A stretch of DNA of 58,356 nt from an uncultured Clostridia bacterium. Its GTDB lineage: Bacteria; Bacillota; Clostridia; Oscillospirales; CAG-272. Positions 8,936 to 17,899 of this stretch are shown here, piece after piece. The notes under the pieces were generated by a model. It worked only from the letters and a program-made list of their open reading frames with translations, searched no databases and was not told the origin of the DNA. The DNA lies in the NCBI GenBank assembly GCA_947302045.1, contig CAMYUQ010000002.1, positions 1 through 58,356 on the forward strand, written 5' to 3'. The translations under genes were made by a program, and so were the position numbers. Positions within the stretch are counted from its first letter, which is position 1; every line of letters starts with the position of its first letter.

Positions 8936-9733
8936 TCAGTTCACCGTCATCCGGCAGACGACGGCATAATGGTCGGAAAGCGTTGTCGGAACCACCCGGA
9001 AATTCTGCACCGCAACGCCCTTATAAGCAAAGTTATCGAGCGACAGGGGCTCTTCATCCGACGGATATGTGACAACGTCCGCGTGCTCGTTCGCAAGCAG
9101 AAATCCGCCGCGCGCAAAACAATCTTTGAAGAACGGAAAATCTTCACTATTCCAGTCCCCCATCAGGATCACCCGCTCACAGGAGCCGAATTTTGCGATG
9201 AGTTCCTCAACCTGATCCCGGATCAGGGGGTCTTTTTCGATTCCCTGAAAGGCAAGATGGGTGCAGATCACTTTGACCGGCATCCCGTTCACCGTCAGAT
9301 CCGCTTCCAGATAGTAATACTGCGTTGCGCTGACCGCGGCGTTCTTCGGATTGATCTGCACGTTCTTCCATTTTCCCTGATTGCAGTCATATTCCCGCAC
9401 GGCGATCTTTTCGATCGCGACTTTGGAGAAGAGGGCGTTGCAGCTGTAATACCGCCGATCCCCTTCCATCGCGACAGGATAATCGGAAAGCAGGACCTTT
9501 TTCGTTGCGGTCGAACGCTCGTTTCGGATCATTTCGTCGCTGTATTCATTCAGGGAAAGAATATCCGCGCCCATCGAGCCGATATACTCCCGGTATGCCG
9601 CCAGCTGTTCGGGATAGGCGTCGCGCGTGATCGTGGAGCAATACTTCCTGCCGCCCGCAAAATGCCCGATGTTCCAGGTTGCGACGGTCAACGAGCCGTC
9701 TGCACATTTTTGATTGCGGTTTTCTTCGTTCAT
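8936..9733 (-). CDS. cytoplasmic endonuclease/exonuclease/phosphatase (EEP) family protein
   Basis: No signal peptide. EEP signature motifs: VATWNIG, ILSLNEY, ILMGDWNS, LSDHYAV. Confidence 0.75.
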   Translation of the reverse strand: MNEENRNQKCADGSLTVATWNIGHFAGGRKYCSTITRDAYPEQLAAYREYIGSMGADILSLNEYSDEMIRNERSTATKKVLLSDYPVAMEGDRRYYSCNALFSKVAIEKIAVREYDCNQGKWKNVQINPKNAAVSATQYYYLEADLTVNGMPVKVICTHLAFQGIEKDPLIRDQVEELIAKFGSCERVILMGDWNSEDFPFFKDCFARGGFLLANEHADVVTYPSDEEPLSLDNFAYKGVAVQNFRVVPTTLSDHYAVVCRMTVN

Positions 9734-11451
9734 TTCTTTGCCGCAACGGTGTTCTGTTGCGTTGGGCCGCGGTCGGTTTTTCCCGTATAGGTCACGTCCT
9801 CGGGACGCGGATAGTATTTCGGGATCCGGTTATCTCTCTGATACAGCCGGATATGCTCTCCGCGCGGCAAGAGGTCAACCAGATCGGCTCCGCGCCAGAA
9901 TTCGGTGTATTCCCGCCCTGCAAAGAATTCTTTTTTCTCAACCGTTTCGATCGGGAAACGCAACTCGAAAACATCCCCTGCCTTCAAATCTTCCGCGTAT
10001 GCAACGCTTTCCGCCGCATTCCAGAGCGGCTTGATTTCCGCGCCGTTATGATATAGTTTCCATTCTCTGCCCATCCACGGGTAGATCCGGAAGCCGGCGT
10101 TGCAGGTTCCCTTGACTTTCAGCGTGATCTTCCCCGCATCCGGCATCTCATGCGTCAGGATATACCGGTCGGTTTCCTTATCGGTGTGGAGATTGACGGT
10201 CAGGATCCCGTTTTGTTCGGTGACGGTATTCTCCCAGAGGATCCCGAGCGCGATCGGTCCGGTTCCCACGCAGCAGCCCGCGATCGAACGAAAACGCGTG
10301 AGCGAAATGCTGTTCGGCTCCGAACCGCCGGTGTAGCCGCCTATGAGCCGCTTGTCCAGATCGTGGAAAGTCTTCCCGTTCGCATCCGGCAGGTTGTTGT
10401 CGACGACAACGTACCCGGTATATTTGACCTGATTCTCGGTCAACTGATTCCGGGCGGTGCGGTTCATATCGTCCCAATATTCGGTCTTGCCGCATTTGAT
10501 CAGTTCCTCGCAGCACAAAACCATATCCTTGATACAGCAGGTTTCGCAATGCTCGTCCTCCGGTTTGTGCCACTGTGCGTATTCGGGGATCCAGCCGAAC
10601 GAAGAACCGAGCGAGCGGACGTAGAGGTAGATATTCTCCCCGGCGTTCAGATATTTCTCGTTCCCGGTCACGCGGTAGAGATAGATCAACCCTGCCGCCA
10701 CCCAGACCGCCGAATGGACGTGCCCGAAAAATTCGTATTTGTAGTTGAAGTAGCGGGACGGCCCGAGCAGGTGGTTGGCGATACCGATCGCCAGATCCAG
10801 CGCGACCTCGTCCTTTGCGATCACATAGCGATCGACCAGCGCGTGCAGGGATACCGCATTCCGGATCGCCTGTTCCCCGCGCCCGGTGTGACGGGAGAGG
10901 TCAAATCCGCCGTCTTTGAGATAGACGTCGTTCGGAAATTCATAGATGGGCTGTTCCTTTTCGGCACTGTCGCCCGACCAGAAGGTTCTGACCTTTCGCT
11001 CGATCGCAAGGGAACGCATTCCGCGCACAAGCCCGGAGGCGCGCATTTCCGCCTCGGTATCGTTCGGATTATTCTTCACCAACCGGTTGAGCGCGGGCAG
11101 AATATAGCCCATTTCGTGGAAAGAAGAATGGATGGTATGCGTCCAGGGATACGGCTCATGGAAACGGAGCCCGTGTTCGCCCCAGGAGGAAAGCACCCGG
11201 CGGCGGAATCCTTCGTAGAGATTCCGGCTCTCGCCGACCTCTCCGAGAATCCCGATCAAACTATCCGTCGCTTCGAGCCAGGAGCCGACCAACTCGGCGT
11301 CGTCCACCTTGCAATGCTCGGCTTCCGCCGGCTTTTTATGCGGCGTTACCAACCAGTAAGGAAGGTAGTCGTAGGCACGGTCGGTCATGCCGTCGATGTA
11401 ATTCAGCGCCAGCCGCGCGTCTTCTGCCAAATCGTATTTCTGATAATTCAT
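9730..11451 (-). CDS. hypothetical alpha/alpha-barrel glycoside-hydrolase-like protein (GH127/146-like Cys motifs)
   Basis: 573 aa, no signal peptide. TGNEKYLNAGENIY-type helical repeats. Cys-rich EDEHCETCCIKDMVLCCEE and IAGCCVGTGP are reminiscent of the E-T-C ... CC zinc and nucleophile motifs of GH127 beta-L-arabinofuranosidase. Family assignment is tentative. Confidence 0.35.
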   Translation of the reverse strand: MNYQKYDLAEDARLALNYIDGMTDRAYDYLPYWLVTPHKKPAEAEHCKVDDAELVGSWLEATDSLIGILGEVGESRNLYEGFRRRVLSSWGEHGLRFHEPYPWTHTIHSSFHEMGYILPALNRLVKNNPNDTEAEMRASGLVRGMRSLAIERKVRTFWSGDSAEKEQPIYEFPNDVYLKDGGFDLSRHTGRGEQAIRNAVSLHALVDRYVIAKDEVALDLAIGIANHLLGPSRYFNYKYEFFGHVHSAVWVAAGLIYLYRVTGNEKYLNAGENIYLYVRSLGSSFGWIPEYAQWHKPEDEHCETCCIKDMVLCCEELIKCGKTEYWDDMNRTARNQLTENQVKYTGYVVVDNNLPDANGKTFHDLDKRLIGGYTGGSEPNSISLTRFRSIAGCCVGTGPIALGILWENTVTEQNGILTVNLHTDKETDRYILTHEMPDAGKITLKVKGTCNAGFRIYPWMGREWKLYHNGAEIKPLWNAAESVAYAEDLKAGDVFELRFPIETVEKKEFFAGREYTEFWRGADLVDLLPRGEHIRLYQRDNRIPKYYPRPEDVTYTGKTDRGPTQQNTVAAKK

Positions 11452-11469
11452 TTGAATCTGTTTCCTTTT

Positions 11470-12765
11470 TTACCACTCAATTAACAGGATCTGATACGGC
11501 TCCAACGAATGGATCTGCGGCGTCCAGCCGAGCAGATGTTCTTCGTCCAGCACCCACGCGTTGCGGTATTCTCCCGAAACGCCTGTATATTCGATCTCCT
11601 GCTTTTCCTCGGTCAGATTGACCACGATGGTTTTCTTCGTTTTGCCGTCCGATGCGGAGAGTACGTAGATCCCGTCGGTATCCGATGTGGTTTCGTATTC
11701 CGTTCCGAGCTGATAGAGCTGATTGAACGCGACCAGACCGTAATAGGTGGGGAAAGGTTTCATCGTCATCGGGTTGAACAACGCGCCGTAGGTACTGACA
11801 CCAACCCGCCCGTCGTAGAGGTTCATTACACTCGGATATCCGTTCTGCATGGCAAGCATACAGGAAAGAACGTGCGCCGCGTGGAATGCCGTGCCGCGCT
11901 TGCCGTGCTTCGGGTTCCATTCGTTGATATGCGTTTCGAGGTCTCCGTAGCCGCGCTTTTCGAGCTGCTCGTGAACATAGTTGTCGAGAATGATCATCTT
12001 ATCCACGACGTTATAGCTATGCCACGAGAAGAAGTCGATCGGAGAGTTATGCTCCTTGATATAATCAAAGAAACCGTTGAAGAAGTTGATGAAAAGTTCC
12101 TCGCGCGAACCCTTATATTCTTCGGGCGTCATGAAAATTCCGCGGAACGCCGTTGCGGCATAACCGCCGACCTTGATGTTCGGGAACTTCTTTTTCAGGT
12201 GCTTCGCCGTCACGTCGTAGAGGCGATAGAAATCCTCCGGCGTACCCGTCCAGAGCTCGGCCTTATAGGGGTATCCCGGAACGGTTCCGTCCGGCTCGTT
12301 CCAGATCTCCCAATATTTGATGTTGTAGTGGAAGCCGTTTGCCCAGCCCTCGTTATAGTGCGCGATAATATGCTCGCAGATCTCCGCCCATTTCTGAAAA
12401 TCCTTCGGCGGATCGGTGCGATATGCCTTCATATCGGCGTTGTTCTCGATCGTGATGCCGAGCCGGTAGTAGGGCTCGCAATCGATCTTCATCAGCTCCG
12501 CCAGAAGCCAGTCGGTAAAGACGAAATCATAGGACGCCGGATCGTTGACGTCAGCGTCGAAATCTCGGAAGATATTCGGAATATCCACGAACCGGTTTTC
12601 CCCGTAACATCCTCCGACGTCATGCAGGCGCGAATACGGAACGCCGGCTTCTTTATAATAACGGAACATCGAACTGTCGATGCCGAAAAGCGGCGGTTGC
12701 CCCATGCCGTGCATCGGTTTCATGGGCTTTATTTTTTTGCCGAAATCAATCTGAACGTTTGCCAT
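11470..12765 (-). CDS. clan GH-A glycoside hydrolase, GH39-like
   Basis: 431 aa. YWEIWNEPDG (acid/base NEP motif), then TPEDFYRLYDVTAKHLKKKFPNIKVGGYA, as in GH39 xylosidase-type enzymes. No signal peptide. Confidence 0.6.
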   Translation of the reverse strand: MANVQIDFGKKIKPMKPMHGMGQPPLFGIDSSMFRYYKEAGVPYSRLHDVGGCYGENRFVDIPNIFRDFDADVNDPASYDFVFTDWLLAELMKIDCEPYYRLGITIENNADMKAYRTDPPKDFQKWAEICEHIIAHYNEGWANGFHYNIKYWEIWNEPDGTVPGYPYKAELWTGTPEDFYRLYDVTAKHLKKKFPNIKVGGYAATAFRGIFMTPEEYKGSREELFINFFNGFFDYIKEHNSPIDFFSWHSYNVVDKMIILDNYVHEQLEKRGYGDLETHINEWNPKHGKRGTAFHAAHVLSCMLAMQNGYPSVMNLYDGRVGVSTYGALFNPMTMKPFPTYYGLVAFNQLYQLGTEYETTSDTDGIYVLSASDGKTKKTIVVNLTEEKQEIEYTGVSGEYRNAWVLDEEHLLGWTPQIHSLEPYQILLIEW

Positions 12766-12793
12766 TTTCCCTTTTTCCTTTTCTTATTTTTGT

Positions 12794-13738
12794 TTATGAT
12801 TTTCTGAAATAGTCGATCAGCCGTTCCGCAAAGATCGAAAAGCCGAGATCGTTCGGATGCAGATAACCGTCGGCATAAAACGCCGTGTTTTTGGGGAACA
12901 ACGTTTCCCCGTCCACAACTTCAAAGCCCTTCTCTTTTGCGACATTTGCGATCGTGGAGCGCATCAGAGAATTTCTTGCCGCGTCCTTGCTGGCAAGCCA
13001 GATCGGCGTCAGGACCACCACGCGTCGATCCCCGTAGGCGGCCTTGACCAGATCCAGATAGTCGCTCGCGTTTTTGGCGATCTCAGACGCGTCCCAACCT
13101 CTGCGGTTGAAATCGTTGACGCCGTAGGCGATCACGACGGTATCCGGATCAAAATTGACGCGATCGAAGGTTTCGGGAAGATACCGTCCGCCGCCGACGC
13201 CGCAGATATGGAAATCCACGCCGAGCGCCATACCCGTCCGGTAGGCGAAGGAGAGCGTATCAAACTGCGAATCCCATCCTTGCGTGATCGAATCGCCGAT
13301 GAAAAGCATCTTTTTTTCATAGGTGATCGGTTTGCAGAAGGTGGCTCCCTCCAAAGCGAACGAGGAAAGGACGCCTGTTTTATGGCTCGACAGCGCAAAC
13401 AGGATTTTCTTCACGCCCGGTTCCAGCTCAACCGGCGGGATCGGTTCCTCCTGCTTGCGATATTCTTCCGCGAGGATCTGCCGGTAAAACATCCCGTTGA
13501 CCCAAATTTCGAATTTGTTGCCCGAGGGAGCCGCAAAGGTGATCGCCTCCGCGTCGGTTTCCAGTTCCAGCCGGATGCCGGACGTGGCGCGCACGCCGGA
13601 ATAAAACTTTTCTTCCACCGCTTCCCATGCCGCCATCTGCTTTTCGGTGCATTTATAAAAATGCAGGCCGTCTTCCTCTTCCGTGATATGATCCGCTCCG
13701 TGGACAAGCGAACGGATTTCATCAAATGACAGTTCCAT
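12794..13738 (-). CDS. SGNH/GDSL hydrolase with N-terminal beta-sandwich (CE2-like acetyl esterase architecture), paralogue A
   Basis: FIGDSITQGW (block I), GVGGG, AYGVNDF and DGYLHPND motifs. Start set at MELSFDEIR (13738) by alignment with the adjacent paralogue and the GAAGGA SD. Confidence 0.7.
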   Translation of the reverse strand: MELSFDEIRSLVHGADHITEEEDGLHFYKCTEKQMAAWEAVEEKFYSGVRATSGIRLELETDAEAITFAAPSGNKFEIWVNGMFYRQILAEEYRKQEEPIPPVELEPGVKKILFALSSHKTGVLSSFALEGATFCKPITYEKKMLFIGDSITQGWDSQFDTLSFAYRTGMALGVDFHICGVGGGRYLPETFDRVNFDPDTVVIAYGVNDFNRRGWDASEIAKNASDYLDLVKAAYGDRRVVVLTPIWLASKDAARNSLMRSTIANVAKEKGFEVVDGETLFPKNTAFYADGYLHPNDLGFSIFAERLIDYFRKS

Positions 13739-13813
13739 TTTCATTCCTTCTTTCCGCTTCATCCGAAATTGGCTCTATTATACCATAATTCCCGGATGAC
13801 TGCAACAGATTTT

Positions 13814-14767
13814 TTAAACTTGCTTCTCTTTTCTGAAATATTCGGTCAGACGCTCCGCGTAGATCGAAAAGCCGAGATCGTTTGGATGGAAATTGCCGTC
13901 CGCATAGAAATCCGGCTCTTTGGGGAACAGAGTGCTCCCGTCCACCACCTCAAATCCCTTCTCTCTCGCGACGGCGGCAACCGACGACCGTACCCGATCG
14001 TTCCAGATAGCGTCCCTGTCGGCAAACCAGATCGGGGTCAGCACCACCACGCGGCGGTCTCCGTACGCTTCCCTCACCTGATCCAGATACCGGTGCATAT
14101 TCGGAACGATCTCCGATTCTATCCGCTTTTTGGATTTGAAATCGTTGATGCCGTAGGCGATCACGACGGTATCGGGATCAAATGCGACGCGATCAAAGGT
14201 CGCGGGAATGTAGCGTCCGCCGCCGATGCCGCAGATGTGAAAATCCGCGCCGAGCATGATCGCCGTCCGGTAGGCGTAGGAAAGCGTGTCGAACTTCGCG
14301 TCCCACCCCTGCGTGATCGAATCGCCGATGAAAAGCATCTTCTTTTCATAAGCGATCGGCTTACAGAAGGTCGCTCCGTCCAGAGAGAACGAAGCAAGAA
14401 CGCCCGTACTGTGACTCGGCAATGCGAACATGATCTTTTTCGCGCCTCGTTCCAATTCGATCGGCGGGAGCTTTTCTCCTTTCTCCCGGTATTCTTCCGC
14501 GAGAATCTGACGGTAAAACATTCCGTTCACCCAGATTTCAAATTTGTTTCCGCAGGGAGCTGCGAACGTGATCGCTTCGGCGTCCGTTTCCATTTCCAGA
14601 CGGATGCCCGTGGTCGAAAGGGTTTTCGGAACGTAATATTCGTCCGCTTCCCGCCACGCCTTCTCTTGCTTCTCGGTACATTTGTGGAAATGCAGACCGT
14701 CTTTCTCTTCCGTGAAATGATCCGCTCCGTGGGTCAGCGAACGGATCTCGTCAAACGTCAGTTCCAT
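13814..14767 (-). CDS. SGNH/GDSL hydrolase (CE2-like architecture), paralogue B
   Basis: 317 aa, colinear with paralogue A and roughly two-thirds identical by eye. Same GDS, GGG, ND and H motifs. Confidence 0.7.
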   Translation of the reverse strand: MELTFDEIRSLTHGADHFTEEKDGLHFHKCTEKQEKAWREADEYYVPKTLSTTGIRLEMETDAEAITFAAPCGNKFEIWVNGMFYRQILAEEYREKGEKLPPIELERGAKKIMFALPSHSTGVLASFSLDGATFCKPIAYEKKMLFIGDSITQGWDAKFDTLSYAYRTAIMLGADFHICGIGGGRYIPATFDRVAFDPDTVVIAYGINDFKSKKRIESEIVPNMHRYLDQVREAYGDRRVVVLTPIWFADRDAIWNDRVRSSVAAVAREKGFEVVDGSTLFPKEPDFYADGNFHPNDLGFSIYAERLTEYFRKEKQV

Positions 14768-14787
14768 TCCGATTTCTTCTTTCCGGA

Positions 14788-15105
14788 TTATTTGAGATAG
14801 AACATCTCCCGCAGAAGCGGCTGCGCGCCGGTTTCGGGATCGGTATCCATGACCATGACGTCTTTCATATACTCATTCCATTTTGCCACGATCGGACTTT
14901 CCGCCTGCGTTTTCGCGGCAAACGCGATTCCCTTTTCGCATTCGTAATAGCCGAACAGATCGTCCCCGACGTTCCAGATGGAATAATTGCAGATCCCGGC
15001 GGATTTGAGCAGTTCTTTCATTTCCGGCCAGATCTCGTCGTGGCGGCGTTTGTATTCTTCTTTCTTTCCCTCTAAAATTCTTGCTTTCCAGGCGTAGCGT
15101 TCCAT
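14788..15105 (-). CDS. rhaM: L-rhamnose mutarotase
   Basis: EEYKRRHDEIWPEMKELLKSAGICNYSIW ... EMFYLK aligns along its full length with E. coli RhaM/YiiL as I recall it. Start at MERYAWK (15105) fits the GGAG spacing better than 15111. Confidence 0.85.
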   Translation of the reverse strand: MERYAWKARILEGKKEEYKRRHDEIWPEMKELLKSAGICNYSIWNVGDDLFGYYECEKGIAFAAKTQAESPIVAKWNEYMKDVMVMDTDPETGAQPLLREMFYLK

Positions 15106-15120
15106 TTCCATACTCCTTTT

Positions 15121-17490
15121 TCAGTCTTTTTTCGGAGCGACAGGGATCTTTACGGTCGCTTTTTCAAAGCCGTTTGCGGTTGCCGTCAGGCAGGCGACGT
15201 CGGATTTTCCGTCCCAACGGATCGCGGCAACGCAAAGCCCGTTGTAGAGATTGCGCACCGGTTTTGTCAGACCGCGCGTGTCGCGCTGGTCGCCGTTGTC
15301 GGTCCCGACGATCTCGACACCCGTGGCGGTAAAGCTGATCTCGTTGTTTGCGAGCGGACATTCGATCCCCTTCCCGTCCACAACGCTCACGCGCACGAAC
15401 AGAACCGATTCGTCGTTCCGTTCGAGCACCTTCTTTTCGGGAGACAAGACGATCTTTTCGGGCTCTCCCGCCGTATAGCGGACGTCCTCCATCGCAACAG
15501 AACCGTCCGGGTTATAGGCGACAACGCGCAATTCTCCCGGCTCGTACGGCACTTCTTTCCAGATGAAGCGATATTGCTCCAACTCATGCTCAAATCCGTA
15601 GTATTTCTTCCGCACGCCCTGCGAGACGCCGTTGACGAAGAGCTCGGCACTCTGGAACGAAGAGAAGCAATGCACGGGGATCTTCTGCCCCTCCATGCCT
15701 GCCCAGTTCCAATGCGGGAAGAGATGCAGGACCGGTTGATCGGTCCATTCCTCCAGAAACAGCCAGTAGCGGTCTTTCGGCAGTCCGGCAAGGTCGAAGA
15801 TGCCGAAATAGGCACTCCGCGAGGGCCATTCCTCGTCGTAAGGCGCCGGTTCGCCGAGATAATCGAAGCCCGTCCAGGTGAACTCTCCGCAAACGAAAGG
15901 CAGGAGCTCCTGATAGGAAAATTCCTTCTCCGGGGTGTAGGTACGGTTCATGGAGGTCTCAAAGGCGTTCACGGTCAGGTCTTCCCGGATCACGCGCTGA
16001 TGCTCGTATTCGACCGGCAGTTTGTATTCGCCTCTCGACGACCACGAAGATTCGGTTTCCGAGCCGATCAGGATATAGTCCGGGTGGTCGCTGTGGAATT
16101 TCTGGTAACTGCGGCAGCGGTAGTTCAGCCCCACGACGTCCACCTGCGCCGCAAATCCGTTCGGGATCGCCTGATCGGCGCGGTTGATGCCGATAGTGGT
16201 CGGCCGGGTGGGGTCTTCTTCGTGGCAGACCTTATGCAGGCGCGCCGCCATCTTCCAACCGTTCGGATCGAGCTGTTCGGGAATCTCGTTTCCGATGCTC
16301 CAAAGGACGATGCAGGGATGGTTCGCATCCCGGCGCACGACGGCGCGTATATCCTCTTCCGCGTGTGCTTCAAACCGGGTATGATAGCCGTTCTCGCACT
16401 TGGGTTCGATCCATTCGTCAAAGAATTCGTCCATGACGAGGAAGCCCATGCGGTCGCAAAGATCGAGGAATTGCGGTGCGGGCGGATTATGGCTCGTGCG
16501 GATGGCGTTGCAGCCCATCTGACGCAGTTTTTCCAGCTGACGGCGCAGCGTGGATTCGTTATAGGCAACGCCTGTGATGCCGTTGTCGTTGTGCAGGCAC
16601 GCGCCCTTAAATTTCAGATATCTGCCGTTGAGGAAGAAGCCCTTGTCGGCAAAAAATTCGGCTTTGCGGACGCCGAAGGACTCGGTTTTCCGATCCAGCA
16701 CCTCTCCGGCTTTATCGAGCAGGGTGATCTCCGCGCGGTAGAGATAGGGCGATTCCACATCCCAACGGTGCGGAGCGTTCAGCGTCAGCGCAACCGACGA
16801 ACCATCAAACCGCCGCTCGGCGACCGTGCGGTTATCCGCATCCAAGATCCGGATCCGCTTCTCCGCCGGCTGACCGCTCGTTTCCACGCTGACCGTGACC
16901 TGTGCCGTGTCCGGGGAGGTCACTTCGGCAACGATCCGCGTTTTGTTATAGATCAGGTGCGTTTTGTCGGTCAGCACCAGACGAACGGGACGGTAGATCC
17001 CCGCGCCGCAATACCACCGGCTGCTGTTCGGCTTGACCTCGGCAACGACTTGCAGGAGATTTTCCGCTCCGAATTTTGCAAATTCCGTAATATCGACCGA
17101 AAAGGAGAGGTAGCCCCAATGATTTCTGCCGACGAGTTTTCCGTTGAGGTAGACCAGGCAGAAATCCATCACCCCGTCAAATTCCAGAAACGCGCGCCCG
17201 GCGGCGTATGCTTCCGGAATTTGGATCCGGGTCTGATAAACGCCCGTTCCCACGATCGGCAGTCCTCCGGTGCGGCCGGTGTATTTCACGCTTCCGTCAT
17301 CGCGGTAGACGATGTCGTTCTCGCGCTTAAAATCGCCCTCGATGCCCCAGTCGTGCGGAAGCCGGACGGTTTTCCAAGCGTCCGCGGGCTGTTTTTTTGC
17401 GAATGCGAGCGCCTGTTCGAGCGCCTCGAAATTTTGCTCTATTTTTAAGAAGGAAACATTCCTTTTGATTTCAAAATTCAATCGGTTCAT
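15121..17490 (-). CDS. glycoside hydrolase family 2 (beta-galactosidase / beta-glucuronidase-like)
   Basis: 789 aa. LPHDWGIEG, NAIRTSHNPPAPQFLDLCDRMGFLVMDE, WSIGNEIPE (acid/base) and FTWTGFDYLGEP motifs. No signal peptide. Confidence 0.85.
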   Translation of the reverse strand: MNRLNFEIKRNVSFLKIEQNFEALEQALAFAKKQPADAWKTVRLPHDWGIEGDFKRENDIVYRDDGSVKYTGRTGGLPIVGTGVYQTRIQIPEAYAAGRAFLEFDGVMDFCLVYLNGKLVGRNHWGYLSFSVDITEFAKFGAENLLQVVAEVKPNSSRWYCGAGIYRPVRLVLTDKTHLIYNKTRIVAEVTSPDTAQVTVSVETSGQPAEKRIRILDADNRTVAERRFDGSSVALTLNAPHRWDVESPYLYRAEITLLDKAGEVLDRKTESFGVRKAEFFADKGFFLNGRYLKFKGACLHNDNGITGVAYNESTLRRQLEKLRQMGCNAIRTSHNPPAPQFLDLCDRMGFLVMDEFFDEWIEPKCENGYHTRFEAHAEEDIRAVVRRDANHPCIVLWSIGNEIPEQLDPNGWKMAARLHKVCHEEDPTRPTTIGINRADQAIPNGFAAQVDVVGLNYRCRSYQKFHSDHPDYILIGSETESSWSSRGEYKLPVEYEHQRVIREDLTVNAFETSMNRTYTPEKEFSYQELLPFVCGEFTWTGFDYLGEPAPYDEEWPSRSAYFGIFDLAGLPKDRYWLFLEEWTDQPVLHLFPHWNWAGMEGQKIPVHCFSSFQSAELFVNGVSQGVRKKYYGFEHELEQYRFIWKEVPYEPGELRVVAYNPDGSVAMEDVRYTAGEPEKIVLSPEKKVLERNDESVLFVRVSVVDGKGIECPLANNEISFTATGVEIVGTDNGDQRDTRGLTKPVRNLYNGLCVAAIRWDGKSDVACLTATANGFEKATVKIPVAPKKD

Positions 17491-17540
17491 ATCATTTCTC
17501 GTTTCAAAAAATTAGAAAACGTGCGAAAAAAACTTTACAA

Positions 17541-17560
17541 ATGCGGGGGGAAGCCCGCAT
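17541..17560. terminator. hairpin terminator separating the exported-protein array from the GH2 operon
   Basis: atgcggg-ggggaag-cccgcat, with a T-run on the + strand and a T-rich tail on the minus strand. Confidence 0.55.
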
Positions 17561-17598
17561 TTTTTGCTAAAACTTCCCCCCTTGGTCATAACTGAATT

Positions 17599-17886
17599 TT
17601 AGTGCATATCAACTGCCGTTCCGAAGTCCGTCTCCGGGTCGGATTCACCGATACCGATCAGAGAAGTGTCAACGGGCTCTTGCGTTACGGGTTCCGCCGT
17701 GGTTTCCGGTTCAGCGGTCGTAACGGTCGGCTTAATGGGCTTCTTGGTGGTCACTTCTTCTTGCTTCGCAGTGGTGGCAGGTTCGTTCTTGCCGTCGTTA
17801 TTATCATCCTTGCAGGCGATCAGAGCGCAGGCAAAGAGAGCGACTAACAGCATCGCGCAAATGAGACGAATGATGGTTTTCTTCAT
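17599..17886 (-). CDS. small Thr/Pro/Glu-rich lipoprotein (95 aa)
   Basis: Signal peptide with lipobox LIAC (MKKTIIRLICAMLLVALFACALIACKDD). The remainder is low-complexity and linker-like. GGAGGAAAC SD. Confidence 0.6.
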   Translation of the reverse strand: MKKTIIRLICAMLLVALFACALIACKDDNNDGKNEPATTAKQEEVTTKKPIKPTVTTAEPETTAEPVTQEPVDTSLIGIGESDPETDFGTAVDMH

Positions 17887-17899
17887 GGTTGTTTCCTCC

